DNA of 64,000 nt from positions 4,086 to 68,085 of the forward strand of contig JBHHYN010000004.1 of assembly GCA_046757565.1 (NCBI GenBank), written 5' to 3'. The position numbers were made by a program, and so were the translations under genes. Of the stretch, positions 1 through 9,449 are shown piece by piece. The notes beneath the pieces are model-generated. The model did no database searches, was not told the origin of the DNA, and saw only the letters and a list, made by a program, of their open reading frames with translations. Positions within the stretch are counted from its first letter, which is position 1; each line of letters starts with the position of its first letter. Source of the DNA: Gammaproteobacteria bacterium (GTDB lineage Bacteria; Pseudomonadota; Gammaproteobacteria; Eutrophobiales; Eutrophobiaceae).

Positions 1-628
1 TGTTGCCATCGTAGATAGCGGCAAAAAGAGTCACTTTCTCGTCTCGGCCAGCTTCCTCGCTAAGCATCTGCAGGAAGCTGATATTCTGACTACGGCGGGC
101 GGTGTCGCTTATGTTGGTAATGCCGCGTTCAAGCTCATCGAGAATGATGACCAGGTGCTTGTCACCCATAGCAGCACGAAATTCGTCCAGGTTGGGGGGG
201 CGGTCCTTTGACCACTCCGTGCCGAGTTGCTGACCGATCAACAGCCACAACGCGTCGTCGGGCATGGATTGATCGGTGAACTTCTGAACGATGATTTCCG
301 TGTCTGCGGGAGGTGACCATTTCAGCCCAAGTGTTTCTGTCCATGCCCGGGCCTGGTCGGGATTCTTGAATAAGTGATATCCCAAGAGGAGGGTGTGGGA
401 TTTACCCAGCCCTTTTACCGACTGGGCGAGAACTGTCCCGGGCGCAGTTTCATTGCCAAAACGCCGGATTAGTCCGCGCAGAACAGCATGCACATCTTCA
501 GTGGGGTAGGTGAGATCAAAGAATTTCTGGGCATTCCGCTCCAAGCTGTTTACCGGACCGGAACGGAGGCGTTCCAGGTCGATAACGCCATCCAAGTTAT
601 GAGCAGAATCGTAGCGTTTTTTCAGCAT
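1..628 (-). CDS. P-loop NTPase, N-terminal part only (gene continues past the left edge); possibly a BrxC/PglY-like DUF499 defense ATPase
   Basis: Reverse-complement reading frame is open from an ATG at 628 to position 1 (MLKKRYDSAHNLDGVIDLERL...). Walker A-like SVKGLGKSHTLLLGY and Walker B HLVIILDELE are present. The tool did not list it because there is no stop codon inside the window. The family assignment is from memory of BrxC N-termini (GFFGSGKSHF) and is only tentative. Confidence 0.55.
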   Translation of the reverse strand, partial: MLKKRYDSAHNLDGVIDLERLRSGPVNSLERNAQKFFDLTYPTEDVHAVLRGLIRRFGNETAPGTVLAQSVKGLGKSHTLLLGYHLFKNPDQARAWTETLGLKWSPPADTEIIVQKFTDQSMPDDALWLLIGQQLGTEWSKDRPPNLDEFRAAMGDKHLVIILDELERGITNISDTARRSQNISFLQMLSEEAGRDEKVTLFAAIYDGN

Positions 629-1203
629 AATTCTATGCTAGTAAAGAAATCTAGATATGTCAAGAATATTACTCTCCTGCCCTATGCGTATAGTTTCAAC
701 AACACCCTGGCCAAAAAAGCTTTTCTATTAGCCTGTCATTGCAAAACCTCATCGTATCGTAGCGAAGTGACGGGCCACGATGCGGGATCTCGACTGTATT
801 TACACCATGATGAGTCTGCATGAGCGAGACGTAGGCAGTCTCCTGGTTTGTGCTATGGGTAGTGGCGATGTGACCACGTAGAGGTAAACGACTGGCTCAT
901 CAAGGACACATAGAGAGAAAGCACTATAAAGACGTTCCGGTGGGGATGAATCCGCTCGACTGAGACCGTCGGGTGTATGGTGCAGTGCATCAGCCATGCG
1001 GATCATGGCTCACACTCGTCAGGGAAATGATAGGTTAACTGTCATTTCCCCGATTCGGCTCCCCTTCCAGCCTGTCAATGATATTCTGATGGCCTGGACC
1101 TGTGATGGGGTCGAATTAATGAAACAGAAGCCGCTATTATGTAAATCCGGTTTGTCTTCCTCCAGACGCCACTGGCAGTGAAACCCGATATTGTTTCATT
1201 CCA

Positions 1204-1902
1204 TTAAAGCCTGAATGATTCCAGTTCCATGGTATAGTTGCCGTTGATTGTATTCGGCGAAGCGGTTTCCTGCCTGACGCTTTTAACCAGGCCTGTCCCC
1301 GGTGCATACCAATCAGTGTGCTCCACCCTGATTGTCCTGACTCCTGCAAACAGCTTAAGCGCCCGTTTTGTATTAAGGTGGCCGCGCCCTTCGATGCGGA
1401 CACAGTGCAGAAAAATACCGGCAGGGACCTCCACCGTTTCATTGATAGCTTCAATCCTGTACTCCAGTTGTACCGGTCCTGTGGTGGCCCAGATCTCAGC
1501 CCTGTTCTGACCGGGTATTTCCAAAAAAGAAATTCTGGAACTGCCTTTCCATTTTGTCCCGACCTGCAAGGGATAGCGCAAAACCTGCATTCCCGTGTCT
1601 TCCAATGAACGCAGGCGCACAATACCATTATTGGATTTGGTATATAGCTCTATTGAGCCGCTGGCCGATTTTCTAGGGAACACGGTAATTCCGTTAATTT
1701 CTCTGGGCGGCAGTGTTGCAACAACGTATTTCTGTGTAAGTTGTTTGCTATCCACAGTACGGGTGATTGTATATTCCCACCAGGCATGATTGCCCAAGGG
1801 AAAATAATCCTGATGATGTTTACTACAGCCGTACAGTAGAAACAGAAGGGGCAGTAAGGCCACCTTCAGGTTCCGGATATTGTTTACTTTGCGTTCATTC
1901 AA
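1204..1902 (-). CDS. hypothetical lipoprotein (signal peptide with lipobox LLYGC)
   Basis: 232-aa ORF. The N-terminus MNERKVNNIRNLKVALLPLLFLLYGCSK carries a lipobox. Its start overlaps the stop of the upstream CPBP gene by 4 nt. The listed start is a TTG. Confidence 0.6.
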   Translation of the reverse strand: MNERKVNNIRNLKVALLPLLFLLYGCSKHHQDYFPLGNHAWWEYTITRTVDSKQLTQKYVVATLPPREINGITVFPRKSASGSIELYTKSNNGIVRLRSLEDTGMQVLRYPLQVGTKWKGSSRISFLEIPGQNRAEIWATTGPVQLEYRIEAINETVEVPAGIFLHCVRIEGRGHLNTKRALKLFAGVRTIRVEHTDWYAPGTGLVKSVRQETASPNTINGNYTMELESFRL

Positions 1903-2822
1903 CTACCGTCCAGCTCCCGAATTTTGTTCTGTTCATGATTATTTGAGCCAGGCTGTATTTGTTTGAACGCAACGACGTAGTAGAAAATGACCGCCACACA
2001 CAACCAGATGGATGCCAGATACCCCGTAGTATGATCGTAATTGTTCACCAGATAGCCAAAGCTGCTGCCGGGCCGGTAATCAGACAAATAAGAGGTAATC
2101 TTGTATGCACAGACAATGCCGGCATGGAGACCGATGCATTGTGTTATGTTGCCCGTTCTCCAGCGCACCATGCCGAGCAATATTCCGAGTATAAACAAGG
2201 TAATAAAGGAATCCACCGTCACCGGATCGCTGAATCTGTGTAGTCCGTTAACAAGTATCCACAGGCCGGTAAACCAGCCAACATCTGTGTTGGCAGGAAG
2301 GGCCGGGTACTTGATAAAGTGAACGGCTGCATAAACCAGAGAGGAAAGTAGCAAGGCCGCCGTTATATTGATTTGTCTGGCAAGGCCGCTAAATATGGCG
2401 CCACGAAAAATGGTTTCCTCTATTAAACCGACGACGAAGCCGCTTAGCAGCGCCTTTAGTGCAATTATCAAAAACGGAACCAGGCCGGCGCCCATATCCG
2501 GATCAGGCAGGCGCATACCCAAAACATACAGGCTGGCTTCTATGACTACCAGGATCAGTGCGCCTGCGGCAAATGCGGAAAGGAGTCCAGGTAACCAATC
2601 GCCGCGCCTGACATTGAACCCCAGGGCCGCAAGAGAGAGATGGCTTAATTTCAGGTATAAAACGCCAAACAGCAGTCCGCAGAACACGGTTGTGTGGGAA
2701 ACCAGCTTGTAAAACCTGATCTCGAAGAACGGCGACAACAGCAGATACACGGGATAGGAAAGCAATGCTCCCGTGAATAGCACGGTCACAACGATAAGGG
2801 AGAAAAGGAGTAAAGGGCGCAA
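1899..2822 (-). CDS. CPBP family (CAAX protease / Abi) intramembrane metalloprotease
   Basis: 307-aa multi-TM protein with the EExxxR-type motif LIEETIFRGAIFSGL and downstream conserved His residues (AAVHFIKYP), typical of the CPBP/Abi family. Confidence 0.8.
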   Translation of the reverse strand: MRPLLLFSLIVVTVLFTGALLSYPVYLLLSPFFEIRFYKLVSHTTVFCGLLFGVLYLKLSHLSLAALGFNVRRGDWLPGLLSAFAAGALILVVIEASLYVLGMRLPDPDMGAGLVPFLIIALKALLSGFVVGLIEETIFRGAIFSGLARQINITAALLLSSLVYAAVHFIKYPALPANTDVGWFTGLWILVNGLHRFSDPVTVDSFITLFILGILLGMVRWRTGNITQCIGLHAGIVCAYKITSYLSDYRPGSSFGYLVNNYDHTTGYLASIWLCVAVIFYYVVAFKQIQPGSNNHEQNKIRELDGS

Positions 2823-2852
2823 TGGAGATCGTAGAACGTCAGTGTCCCGTGG

Positions 2853-3167
2853 TCATTGTATTACTGCCTCCGCCGCGTCCGTATTACCTTTGTTATCCGA
2901 CCAGTTTATACGAATCATATCGCCCGGTTTGGCCCCTGAAAACTTAAATGAAAGGTAAGGATTTTTGGAAACAGCGCGGCCCCAGTTACACCGTAACACC
3001 ACGTCATCGCCGTGCCGGCAGATTACCTCCTTGATAAAATGGGCCGGGACCAGTTCGCCCGTTTCCCTGCTCCGGACAAGGCCGGTTTCCATCGGGTGCC
3101 TGATAATGGACCTGACTGTGGTCGTCCCGTTATGGTAATCCGTTCTGATCCGGATGCTGGACGTCAT
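2853..3167 (-). CDS. soxZ: thiosulfate oxidation carrier protein SoxZ
   Basis: 104 aa; ...HPMETGLVRSRETGELVPAHFIKEV...GRAVSKNPYLSFKF... matches SoxZ family signatures. Immediately downstream of soxY. Confidence 0.85.
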   Translation of the reverse strand: MTSSIRIRTDYHNGTTTVRSIIRHPMETGLVRSRETGELVPAHFIKEVICRHGDDVVLRCNWGRAVSKNPYLSFKFSGAKPGDMIRINWSDNKGNTDAAEAVIQ

Positions 3168-3207
3168 AACCTGGTTGAGAGTGAAGTGTAATCATATTCA
3201 TGCTGTT

Positions 3208-3660
3208 TCAGCCACAGCCTCCTTCGACAACTTTAACGAACTTTCTCGCCGAATAGACTCCCTCTTCCGACCGGACAATGGCGATAATATCTGAAGGCTC
3301 AGCTACTTTTATCCTGGTTGCGACAAAACCGGTACATTCCGGACTCAGTTCAAAGTCAGCAACCAGGGGATTGGGATTCTTTTCGACCAGTATGGTAATC
3401 GATTGAACGGCCGGGATATCGGTGGTAATCCTGATGGGAACAACTGCGCCGTTTTCAACAAGGTCATTGACGCTGATTGTTATCGAATCGCTTGGCGTTA
3501 TCTGTTTGCCCGGAAAGAACGCGGACAGGGCTTCATGTTCCGTCTTCGCCGCAAAGGCGCCTGCATTCCAGCCGGCCCTGACGGAAAATGGCTTGAGCAA
3601 AGCAGTAACGCCGATAAATCCCACAAGTTTCCTGAGTAGTGTTCTGCGGCTGATGTTCAT
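3208..3660 (-). CDS. soxY: thiosulfate oxidation carrier protein SoxY (Tat signal; C-terminus ...VVEGGCG)
   Basis: 150 aa with a twin-arginine signal (SRRTLLRKLVGF...A) and a C-terminal Cys-bearing tail GGCG followed by stop. Adjacent to soxZ. Confidence 0.85.
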   Translation of the reverse strand: MNISRRTLLRKLVGFIGVTALLKPFSVRAGWNAGAFAAKTEHEALSAFFPGKQITPSDSITISVNDLVENGAVVPIRITTDIPAVQSITILVEKNPNPLVADFELSPECTGFVATRIKVAEPSDIIAIVRSEEGVYSARKFVKVVEGGCG

Positions 3661-3700
3661 CCGTCAAAGACAAAATGGCGAGGTAGATGTTTTTTTGATG

Positions 3701-5224
3701 TTACTTGATTAATTTAAGATCTTTCTCGATCTGGAGTTCCTGTTCCAAAAAGGCAATTCTGTCATGGAGGCGCTCCTCCTGAAAGTAATCGGGTTTTGGG
3801 TTTCGTTGCCGCAGAATATATTTTAATTGTTGAATGGCAACTCTTGTCTCCCCGGATAAATAGTAGTACTCAGCACTGGCTATACCCGACTCAATAGTAT
3901 TCCCCGACTCGGCCTCTGCACGGGTCAGAAAATCATAATAAGTCAGATCCTGGTCATGAAACTTTCCGTATCTCTTCAGCAGTTCACGGGCCTGTTGAGG
4001 GTGATCAGCCTGCAACAGCGCCTCGGTGTAGGCAAGGACCACCGGACGATAATCCGGATAAAGCTTTATGGCCTGTTCATAGATTCTAAACGCCTGCTGA
4101 TAGTTGTTTTGGCGGGTTTGTAAATCGGCAGCGGCCAGCAGGTAGGAGGTATTCTCCCCATCCTCTGCCAGTAACTCCTGTAACTGATTGTACGCCTGCC
4201 TGTATCTTCCTGCTTCCATGAGGGCAAGGGCATAGCCATAATGAAGAGGGGCATAATTGTTACCGTACTGCTCGTCTTCCAGTTTCTGTTTGAAAAAGTC
4301 AACAGCGTGCCGGGGATCCTTCTCCGACATGGCCACAATTTTGGCTTGCATGAACGCAAACTTCTTGCTCTCGTTATACCGTAGATCAGGGGGATAGGCT
4401 TCCGCCCTGGCGCGGCTGTCTGCAATCCGGTTGGTAGTGAGCGGATGCGTACGCAAGAACTCGGGCGCCTTACCGGCATAGCGGGAGTTTTTCTGCAGCT
4501 TTTCAAAGAAACTTGGCATGCCACGTGGGTTAAAACCGGACCTTGCCAGTAATTGCATGCCGATCCGATCAGATTCCGCTTCGTTAGAACGGGTAAAGTT
4601 AATCCGGGTCTGGGCGGCCACCCCTTGTACAGCAGCCATGGCAGCCTGCCCGGCCTGGGGATTCTGGGAGGCGATAAGGATAGCGCCCAGCAGTGCCGCC
4701 ATCATGGGCAAACTCATCTTTGATTGCTTTTCGAAGGAACGCGCCATGTGCTTTTGTGTAACGTGTGAGATTTCATGGGCCATCACTGCCGCCAATTCAC
4801 TTTCATTTCCTGCATTCAGGATCACACCGCTGTTTATGCCGACAATGCCTCCCGGGGCGGCAAAGGCATTAATTATCGGATCGTCAATTACAAAGAACGT
4901 AAACAGTTGGGTATTGTTGTCGCTACTCGATACCAGACGGTAACCGATGGATTGAATATAGGTCTCTATCTCCGGATCAGTAATAATCTTTGCCTGTTTG
5001 CGTACCTGGCTGAGAAACGCCTGGCCCAGGCGGCGTTCAAATTCCGGCGACATCAGTGTGCCGGTAGAGTCACCGATATTGGGAAGATCCAGGGTCGTGA
5101 CGGCACTCGCCGTCGCCGTCAACAAAACAAGACTCAACAGTAAATATCTAATGAACGGCAACGCTGAAATTCTCCCGTATATTCTACTCTTGTGAGTCCG
5201 ATAGCATACCCAAGTTCCTGTCAC
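3701..5224 (-). CDS. bepA: M48 metalloprotease with TPR repeats, BepA (YfgC) family
   Basis: HEISHVTQKH zinc motif, signal-peptide-like LLLSLVLLTATASA, C-terminal TPR-like repeats. The true start may be an internal start codon. Confidence 0.85.
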   Translation of the reverse strand: MTGTWVCYRTHKSRIYGRISALPFIRYLLLSLVLLTATASAVTTLDLPNIGDSTGTLMSPEFERRLGQAFLSQVRKQAKIITDPEIETYIQSIGYRLVSSSDNNTQLFTFFVIDDPIINAFAAPGGIVGINSGVILNAGNESELAAVMAHEISHVTQKHMARSFEKQSKMSLPMMAALLGAILIASQNPQAGQAAMAAVQGVAAQTRINFTRSNEAESDRIGMQLLARSGFNPRGMPSFFEKLQKNSRYAGKAPEFLRTHPLTTNRIADSRARAEAYPPDLRYNESKKFAFMQAKIVAMSEKDPRHAVDFFKQKLEDEQYGNNYAPLHYGYALALMEAGRYRQAYNQLQELLAEDGENTSYLLAAADLQTRQNNYQQAFRIYEQAIKLYPDYRPVVLAYTEALLQADHPQQARELLKRYGKFHDQDLTYYDFLTRAEAESGNTIESGIASAEYYYLSGETRVAIQQLKYILRQRNPKPDYFQEERLHDRIAFLEQELQIEKDLKLIK

Positions 5225-5347
5225 TCTCAGATCGGCATTAGCTAATCAGGAGTTCACTGAAATTACCTGGATGCAATTTATCTAAATTTCTACAACAATA
5301 ATAGGCATTATTTAAGTAAATAATGTGAAATTCAGGAGTGATTTATC

Positions 5348-6613
5348 ATGGCACAAGGTAAAAACGCATTTTATGCCCAGTCCGGCGGCGTGACGGCGGT
5401 CATTAACGCTTCTGCCTGCGGCCTCATCCAGGCCGCCCGCGAGAACAGGGACAAAATCGCCAATGTCTATGCCGGGCGCAACGGCATTATCGGCGCCCTG
5501 ACCGAAGACCTTATCGACACAGGCCAGGAGAGTGATGAGGCGATTGCCGGCTTGCGTTACACGCCCTCCGGCGCCTTCGGCTCCTGCCGCTACAAGCTCA
5601 AGGGCCTGGAAGAGAACCACGCTGAATACGAGCGTCTGATCGAGGTCTTCAAGGCCCATGATATCGGCTACTTCTTCTATAACGGCGGCGGGGATTCCGC
5701 CGATACCTGCCACAAGATCTCCCAGCTATCCGGGAGTTTGGATTTTCCCATCCAGACGATACATATCCCCAAGACAGTGGATAATGATCTGCCGATCACC
5801 GATACCTGTCCGGGTTTCGGATCAGTGGCAAAATATATCGCCGTCTCTACCCGGGAGGCCTCCTATGACGTGCGCTCCATGGCCAGGACCTCCACGAAAG
5901 TGTTTGTGCTCGAGGTAATGGGCCGCCATGCCGGCTGGATCGCCGCTGCCGGGGGTCTGGCGGCCGACGAGCAGAATGATATCCCGATTGTTGTGCTGTT
6001 TCCTGAGATCCAATTTGATAAACAGCAGTTCCTGGCACGCGTGAAACAGAATGTTGAGCAATACGAATACTGCACGGTAGTTGTATCGGAAGGGGCGAAG
6101 TGGCCCGATGGCGGCTTTCTGGCGGAGCAGGACAGCCGCGACGCCTTCGGGCATGCCCAGCTTGGAGGCGCTGCGCCGGTGGTTGCCAATATGGTAAAAA
6201 GCGCCCTGGGTTACAAATACCACTGGGCCGTGGCCGACTACCTGCAGCGCTCCGCCCGTCATGTCGCCTCCAGGACCGACGTGGAGCAGGCCTATGCCGC
6301 CGGCAGGGCGGCGGTGGAGTATGCCGTTGCCGGAGAAGATGCCCGGATGGTGACGATTGTACGTACAGCGGACGATCCTTATGCCTGGGAGATCGGCCAG
6401 GTGGACCTGGCCGAGGTAGCTAATGTGGAGAAATTCATGCCGGCGGATTTCATTACTGAAGACGGTTTCGGCATCACGGATAGCTGCCGCCGCTACCTGC
6501 AGCCACTGATCCAGGGAGAGGATTATCCACCCTACGCCAACGGCCTGCCGGCCTATGTCCAGCTGAAGGGTGTGGCGGTACCGAAAAAACTGACTGCTCG
6601 TTTTGCCGTCTGA
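5348..6613 (+). CDS. pfp: pyrophosphate-dependent 6-phosphofructokinase (PPi-PFK)
   Basis: 421 aa; GGGDSADT (GGDGS-like) and PKTVDNDL motifs; length and sequence resemble Methylococcus-type PPi-PFK. Confidence 0.85.
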   Translation: MAQGKNAFYAQSGGVTAVINASACGLIQAARENRDKIANVYAGRNGIIGALTEDLIDTGQESDEAIAGLRYTPSGAFGSCRYKLKGLEENHAEYERLIEVFKAHDIGYFFYNGGGDSADTCHKISQLSGSLDFPIQTIHIPKTVDNDLPITDTCPGFGSVAKYIAVSTREASYDVRSMARTSTKVFVLEVMGRHAGWIAAAGGLAADEQNDIPIVVLFPEIQFDKQQFLARVKQNVEQYEYCTVVVSEGAKWPDGGFLAEQDSRDAFGHAQLGGAAPVVANMVKSALGYKYHWAVADYLQRSARHVASRTDVEQAYAAGRAAVEYAVAGEDARMVTIVRTADDPYAWEIGQVDLAEVANVEKFMPADFITEDGFGITDSCRRYLQPLIQGEDYPPYANGLPAYVQLKGVAVPKKLTARFAV

Positions 6614-6714
6614 GCGGTGATATAGCGTAACAGGACGGGGAAAACAGGCCGTCAGTGTTCGAAAAACTGGTTTTTTACCGGCTTGCTAAGTACAATCTGC
6701 CGCGCTTTATCACG

Positions 6715-6743
6715 TTGGGGGCATGCTTGCCCCCAATTTTTTA
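6715..6743 (+). terminator. rho-independent terminator after pfp
   Basis: ttgggggca-tgct-tgcccccaa perfect 9-bp stem followed by tttttta. Confidence 0.6.
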
Positions 6744-6787
6744 CATTAATCTAACCAACAATCCGTTTCACGGCTAGGGGGAATATT

Positions 6788-8812
6788 ATGTCGCCTATAT
6801 TTTTTGCCTTGCTTTGCGGCGTTCTGGCAATCGTGTACGGTATCTGGTCCATTCGCTGGATACTGTCGCAACAGCAAGGCAATGAGCGTATGCGTGAGAT
6901 CGCCGCTGCCATCCAGCAAGGGGCTGCTGCATATCTCAACAGGCAATACACGACCGTTGCCATGGTTGGTGTTGTGGTGTTTCTCGTGCTGGGGCTGTCG
7001 CCCATTGGCTGGAAGACCGCAATCGGTTTTTTAATTGGCGCTATCTTTTCCGGCGCCACCGGTTATATCGGCATGAATATCTCTGTGCGCGCCAATCTGC
7101 GCACGGCCGAGGTCGCAAACAACGGGATGAATGCGGCCTTGACCGTGGCCTTTCGAGGCGGCGCCATTACCGGTCTGCTGGTCGTCGGTCTGGGCCTGCT
7201 GGGTGTGGCCGGTTACTATGCAATCCTTGGTATGACGGGGGCCGGCGATAATCTATCACCACTGGTGGGGCTTGCCTTCGGAGGTTCATTGATCTCCATT
7301 TTTGCCCGGCTCGGCGGCGGGATCTTTACCAAGGGCGCTGATGTGGGCGCCGATCTGGTGGGCAAGGTTGAAGCCGGTATCCCGGAAGACGACCCACGCA
7401 ATCCAGCAGTCATCGCCGATAACGTTGGCGATAATGTCGGTGACTGCGCCGGTATGGCTGCAGACCTTTTCGAGACCTATGTGGTAACGGTTGTCGCTAC
7501 CATATTGCTCGGCAGCCTCATTGTTAAACCAGCAGAGAGTGCAGTGGTCTATCCGCTGGTTTTAGGGGGGATCTCTATTGTCGCTTCGGTAATTGGCACC
7601 TTTTTCGTCAAGGCCAGGGAAGGGGGCAGTATCATGGGAGCGCTCTACCGTGGTCTGATCGTCGCCGGGGTCCTTGCCGTGATCGCATTTTATCCCGCCA
7701 CGAACCTGCTGCTGGGCGACACCATCAACATAGACGGCGCAGATGTGCTGACACGGTATGTCTACTATGCTGCCCTGATCGGACTTGCCCTGACGGGTGC
7801 GTTGGTCTGGATCACTGAATACTACACCAGCACCGAGTTTTCACCTGTCAGGCACATCGCCCAGGCCTCTGAAACCGGCCATGCCACCAACATTATCGCC
7901 GGTCTCGGGGTCTCCATGAAGGCCACGGCCCTGCCCGTGCTGGCGGTCTGTGCCAGTATCTGGGGCGCTTATGAACTGGCCGGTCTGTATGGCATCGCCA
8001 TCGCGGCCACCTCCATGCTCTCCATGACCGGCATTATTGTGGCGTTGGACGCTTTCGGTCCGATTACTGACAACGCCGGCGGCATCGCCGAAATGGCGGA
8101 ATTGCCGGAGAAGATACGCAATATTACCGACCCGCTGGATGCGGTAGGGAATACCACCAAGGCGGTCACCAAGGGTTACGCCATCGGATCGGCCGGCCTG
8201 GCGGCACTGGTGCTGTTCGCCGACTATACCCATGCGCTGGAACATAACCAGATATCGGTGGAATTCAGCCTTTCCGATCCGTTGGTCATCATCGGCCTGT
8301 TTCTCGGTGGCCTGGTGCCCTATCTGTTCGGCGCCATGGCAATGGAGGCGGTGGGCCGCGCCGCCGGATCAGTGGTGCATGAGGTACGCCGGCAGTTCAG
8401 GGAGATCGAAGGCATCATGGAGGGCAAAACCAAACCCGATTATACACGCGCCGTGGATATGCTGACAAAAGCCGCGATCAAGGAGATGATCTTCCCGTCA
8501 CTGCTGCCGGTACTGGTGCCGGTGCTGGTAGGTATCATCCTCGGCCCCAAGGCGCTGGGCGGCTTACTGGTAGGGACTATCATTACCGGTCTGTTCGTCG
8601 CTATCTCCATGACCACCGGTGGCGGGGCCTGGGATAATGCAAAAAAATATATTGAAGACGGCGCCCTTGGCGGTAAGGGCAGTGAGGCGCACAAGGCGGC
8701 TATCACCGGCGACACAGTGGGCGATCCCTACAAGGATACCGCCGGCCCTGCTGTCAATCCGTTGATCAAGATCATCAATATCGTCGCCCTGCTGATCGTG
8801 CCTTTGATCTAA
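6788..8812 (+). CDS. hppA: membrane-bound proton-translocating pyrophosphatase (H+-PPase)
   Basis: 674 aa polytopic membrane protein with [22 protein letters not shown] and DNAGGIAEM motifs typical of V-type PPases; RBS agggggaatatt precedes the ATG. Confidence 0.9.
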   Translation: MSPIFFALLCGVLAIVYGIWSIRWILSQQQGNERMREIAAAIQQGAAAYLNRQYTTVAMVGVVVFLVLGLSPIGWKTAIGFLIGAIFSGATGYIGMNISVRANLRTAEVANNGMNAALTVAFRGGAITGLLVVGLGLLGVAGYYAILGMTGAGDNLSPLVGLAFGGSLISIFARLGGGIFTKGADVGADLVGKVEAGIPEDDPRNPAVIADNVGDNVGDCAGMAADLFETYVVTVVATILLGSLIVKPAESAVVYPLVLGGISIVASVIGTFFVKAREGGSIMGALYRGLIVAGVLAVIAFYPATNLLLGDTINIDGADVLTRYVYYAALIGLALTGALVWITEYYTSTEFSPVRHIAQASETGHATNIIAGLGVSMKATALPVLAVCASIWGAYELAGLYGIAIAATSMLSMTGIIVALDAFGPITDNAGGIAEMAELPEKIRNITDPLDAVGNTTKAVTKGYAIGSAGLAALVLFADYTHALEHNQISVEFSLSDPLVIIGLFLGGLVPYLFGAMAMEAVGRAAGSVVHEVRRQFREIEGIMEGKTKPDYTRAVDMLTKAAIKEMIFPSLLPVLVPVLVGIILGPKALGGLLVGTIITGLFVAISMTTGGGAWDNAKKYIEDGALGGKGSEAHKAAITGDTVGDPYKDTAGPAVNPLIKIINIVALLIVPLI

Positions 8813-8834
8813 CCGTCAGGCACCTGGTTACAGA

Positions 8835-8865
8835 GGCCCGGTTCCGCAACCGGGGCCGGTTTTTC
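8835..8865 (+). terminator. hairpin plus T-run after hppA; overlaps the 3' end of convergent maf
   Basis: ggcccggtt-ccgcaa-ccggggcc stem followed by ggttttt. Confidence 0.5.
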
Positions 8866-9449
8866 AGGACACCCCGATTTTCTGTTCAATCACCCCCTGC
8901 AACAGCTCTGCGGTCTCGTAGAGTGGCAGGCCCATGACACCGGAGAAACTCCCCTCCAGCCTGGAGATAAACGCAGCGGCCCGGCCCTGGATGGCGTAGG
9001 CCCCTGCCTTACCGTAGGGCTCTTCGCTATCGCAATAGACACTGATCTCGGCATCACCCATGGGGCGAAAACTGACCCGGCTTATGTTTAAGCTTGTCTT
9101 TTCGACGCCATGATGAATCAGTGCCACGGCTGAATAGACAAAGTGGTTGCGGCCGGACAGTTTTTGCAACATTGATACAGCCTCATCTCCGTCTTTCGGT
9201 TTACCGAGTATATCGTCATCAAGCACCACTTGCGTATCCGCTGCAAGTACAGGCAGGCTGCTTGTTGAAAGATTTACCCCTTTCCGCGCTTTTTCCAATG
9301 CCAGTCTGCTGACATGGTCCTGCGCCCTTTCTGTGCCATCCCATGTTTCATCGATATCCACGGCCAGCACGTCATATTCGATGCCGAGCTGCTCGAGTAG
9401 TTGCCTGCGTCTTGGGGATTTAGAAGCCAGGTAAATCAACAGATTACTT
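8864..9449 (-). CDS. maf: Maf-like nucleoside triphosphate pyrophosphatase
   Basis: Core LIYLASKSPRRRQLLEQLG matches the Maf N-terminus (E. coli MTSLYLASGSPRR). The tool's longer ORF starts inside rsfS; a TTG start near 9449 is more likely. ...YGKAGAYAIQG... is conserved. Confidence 0.8.

Noticed and set aside
193-199. Homopolymeric G7 tract inside the edge ATPase gene as a possible frameshift or phase-variation site
   Set aside because: Manual translation shows the reading frame is continuous across the tract (…KDRPPNLDE…); no frameshift is needed.
981-1027. Hammerhead-ribozyme-like CUGACGAG box on the minus strand followed by a hairpin
   Set aside because: Stem II does not abut the CUGANGA box and no GAAA or stem III/UH cleavage-site arrangement follows; not a hammerhead.
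488-1181. Plus and minus small ORFs 488..823, 800..1006, 996..1181 from the track
   Set aside because: They overlap the ATPase gene antisense or lie in the structured non-coding region; no RBS, no domain signatures.
880-1200. Possible tmRNA (GGGG...TCGAC-like start 'ggtggggatgaatccgctcgac', hairpins)
   Set aside because: No tag-peptide reading frame (ANDENYALAA-like) and no tRNA-like 3' end (GGTTCGAATCC...CCA); similarity to ssrA is superficial.
5822-6423. Antisense and alternate-frame ORFs inside pfp (5822..6262, 5863..6189, 6100..6423) and similar antisense ORFs within leuS, hppA, dsbD, accC, pstC and others
   Set aside because: These are typical GC-skewed spurious frames fully embedded in strongly supported genes on the other strand or frame.
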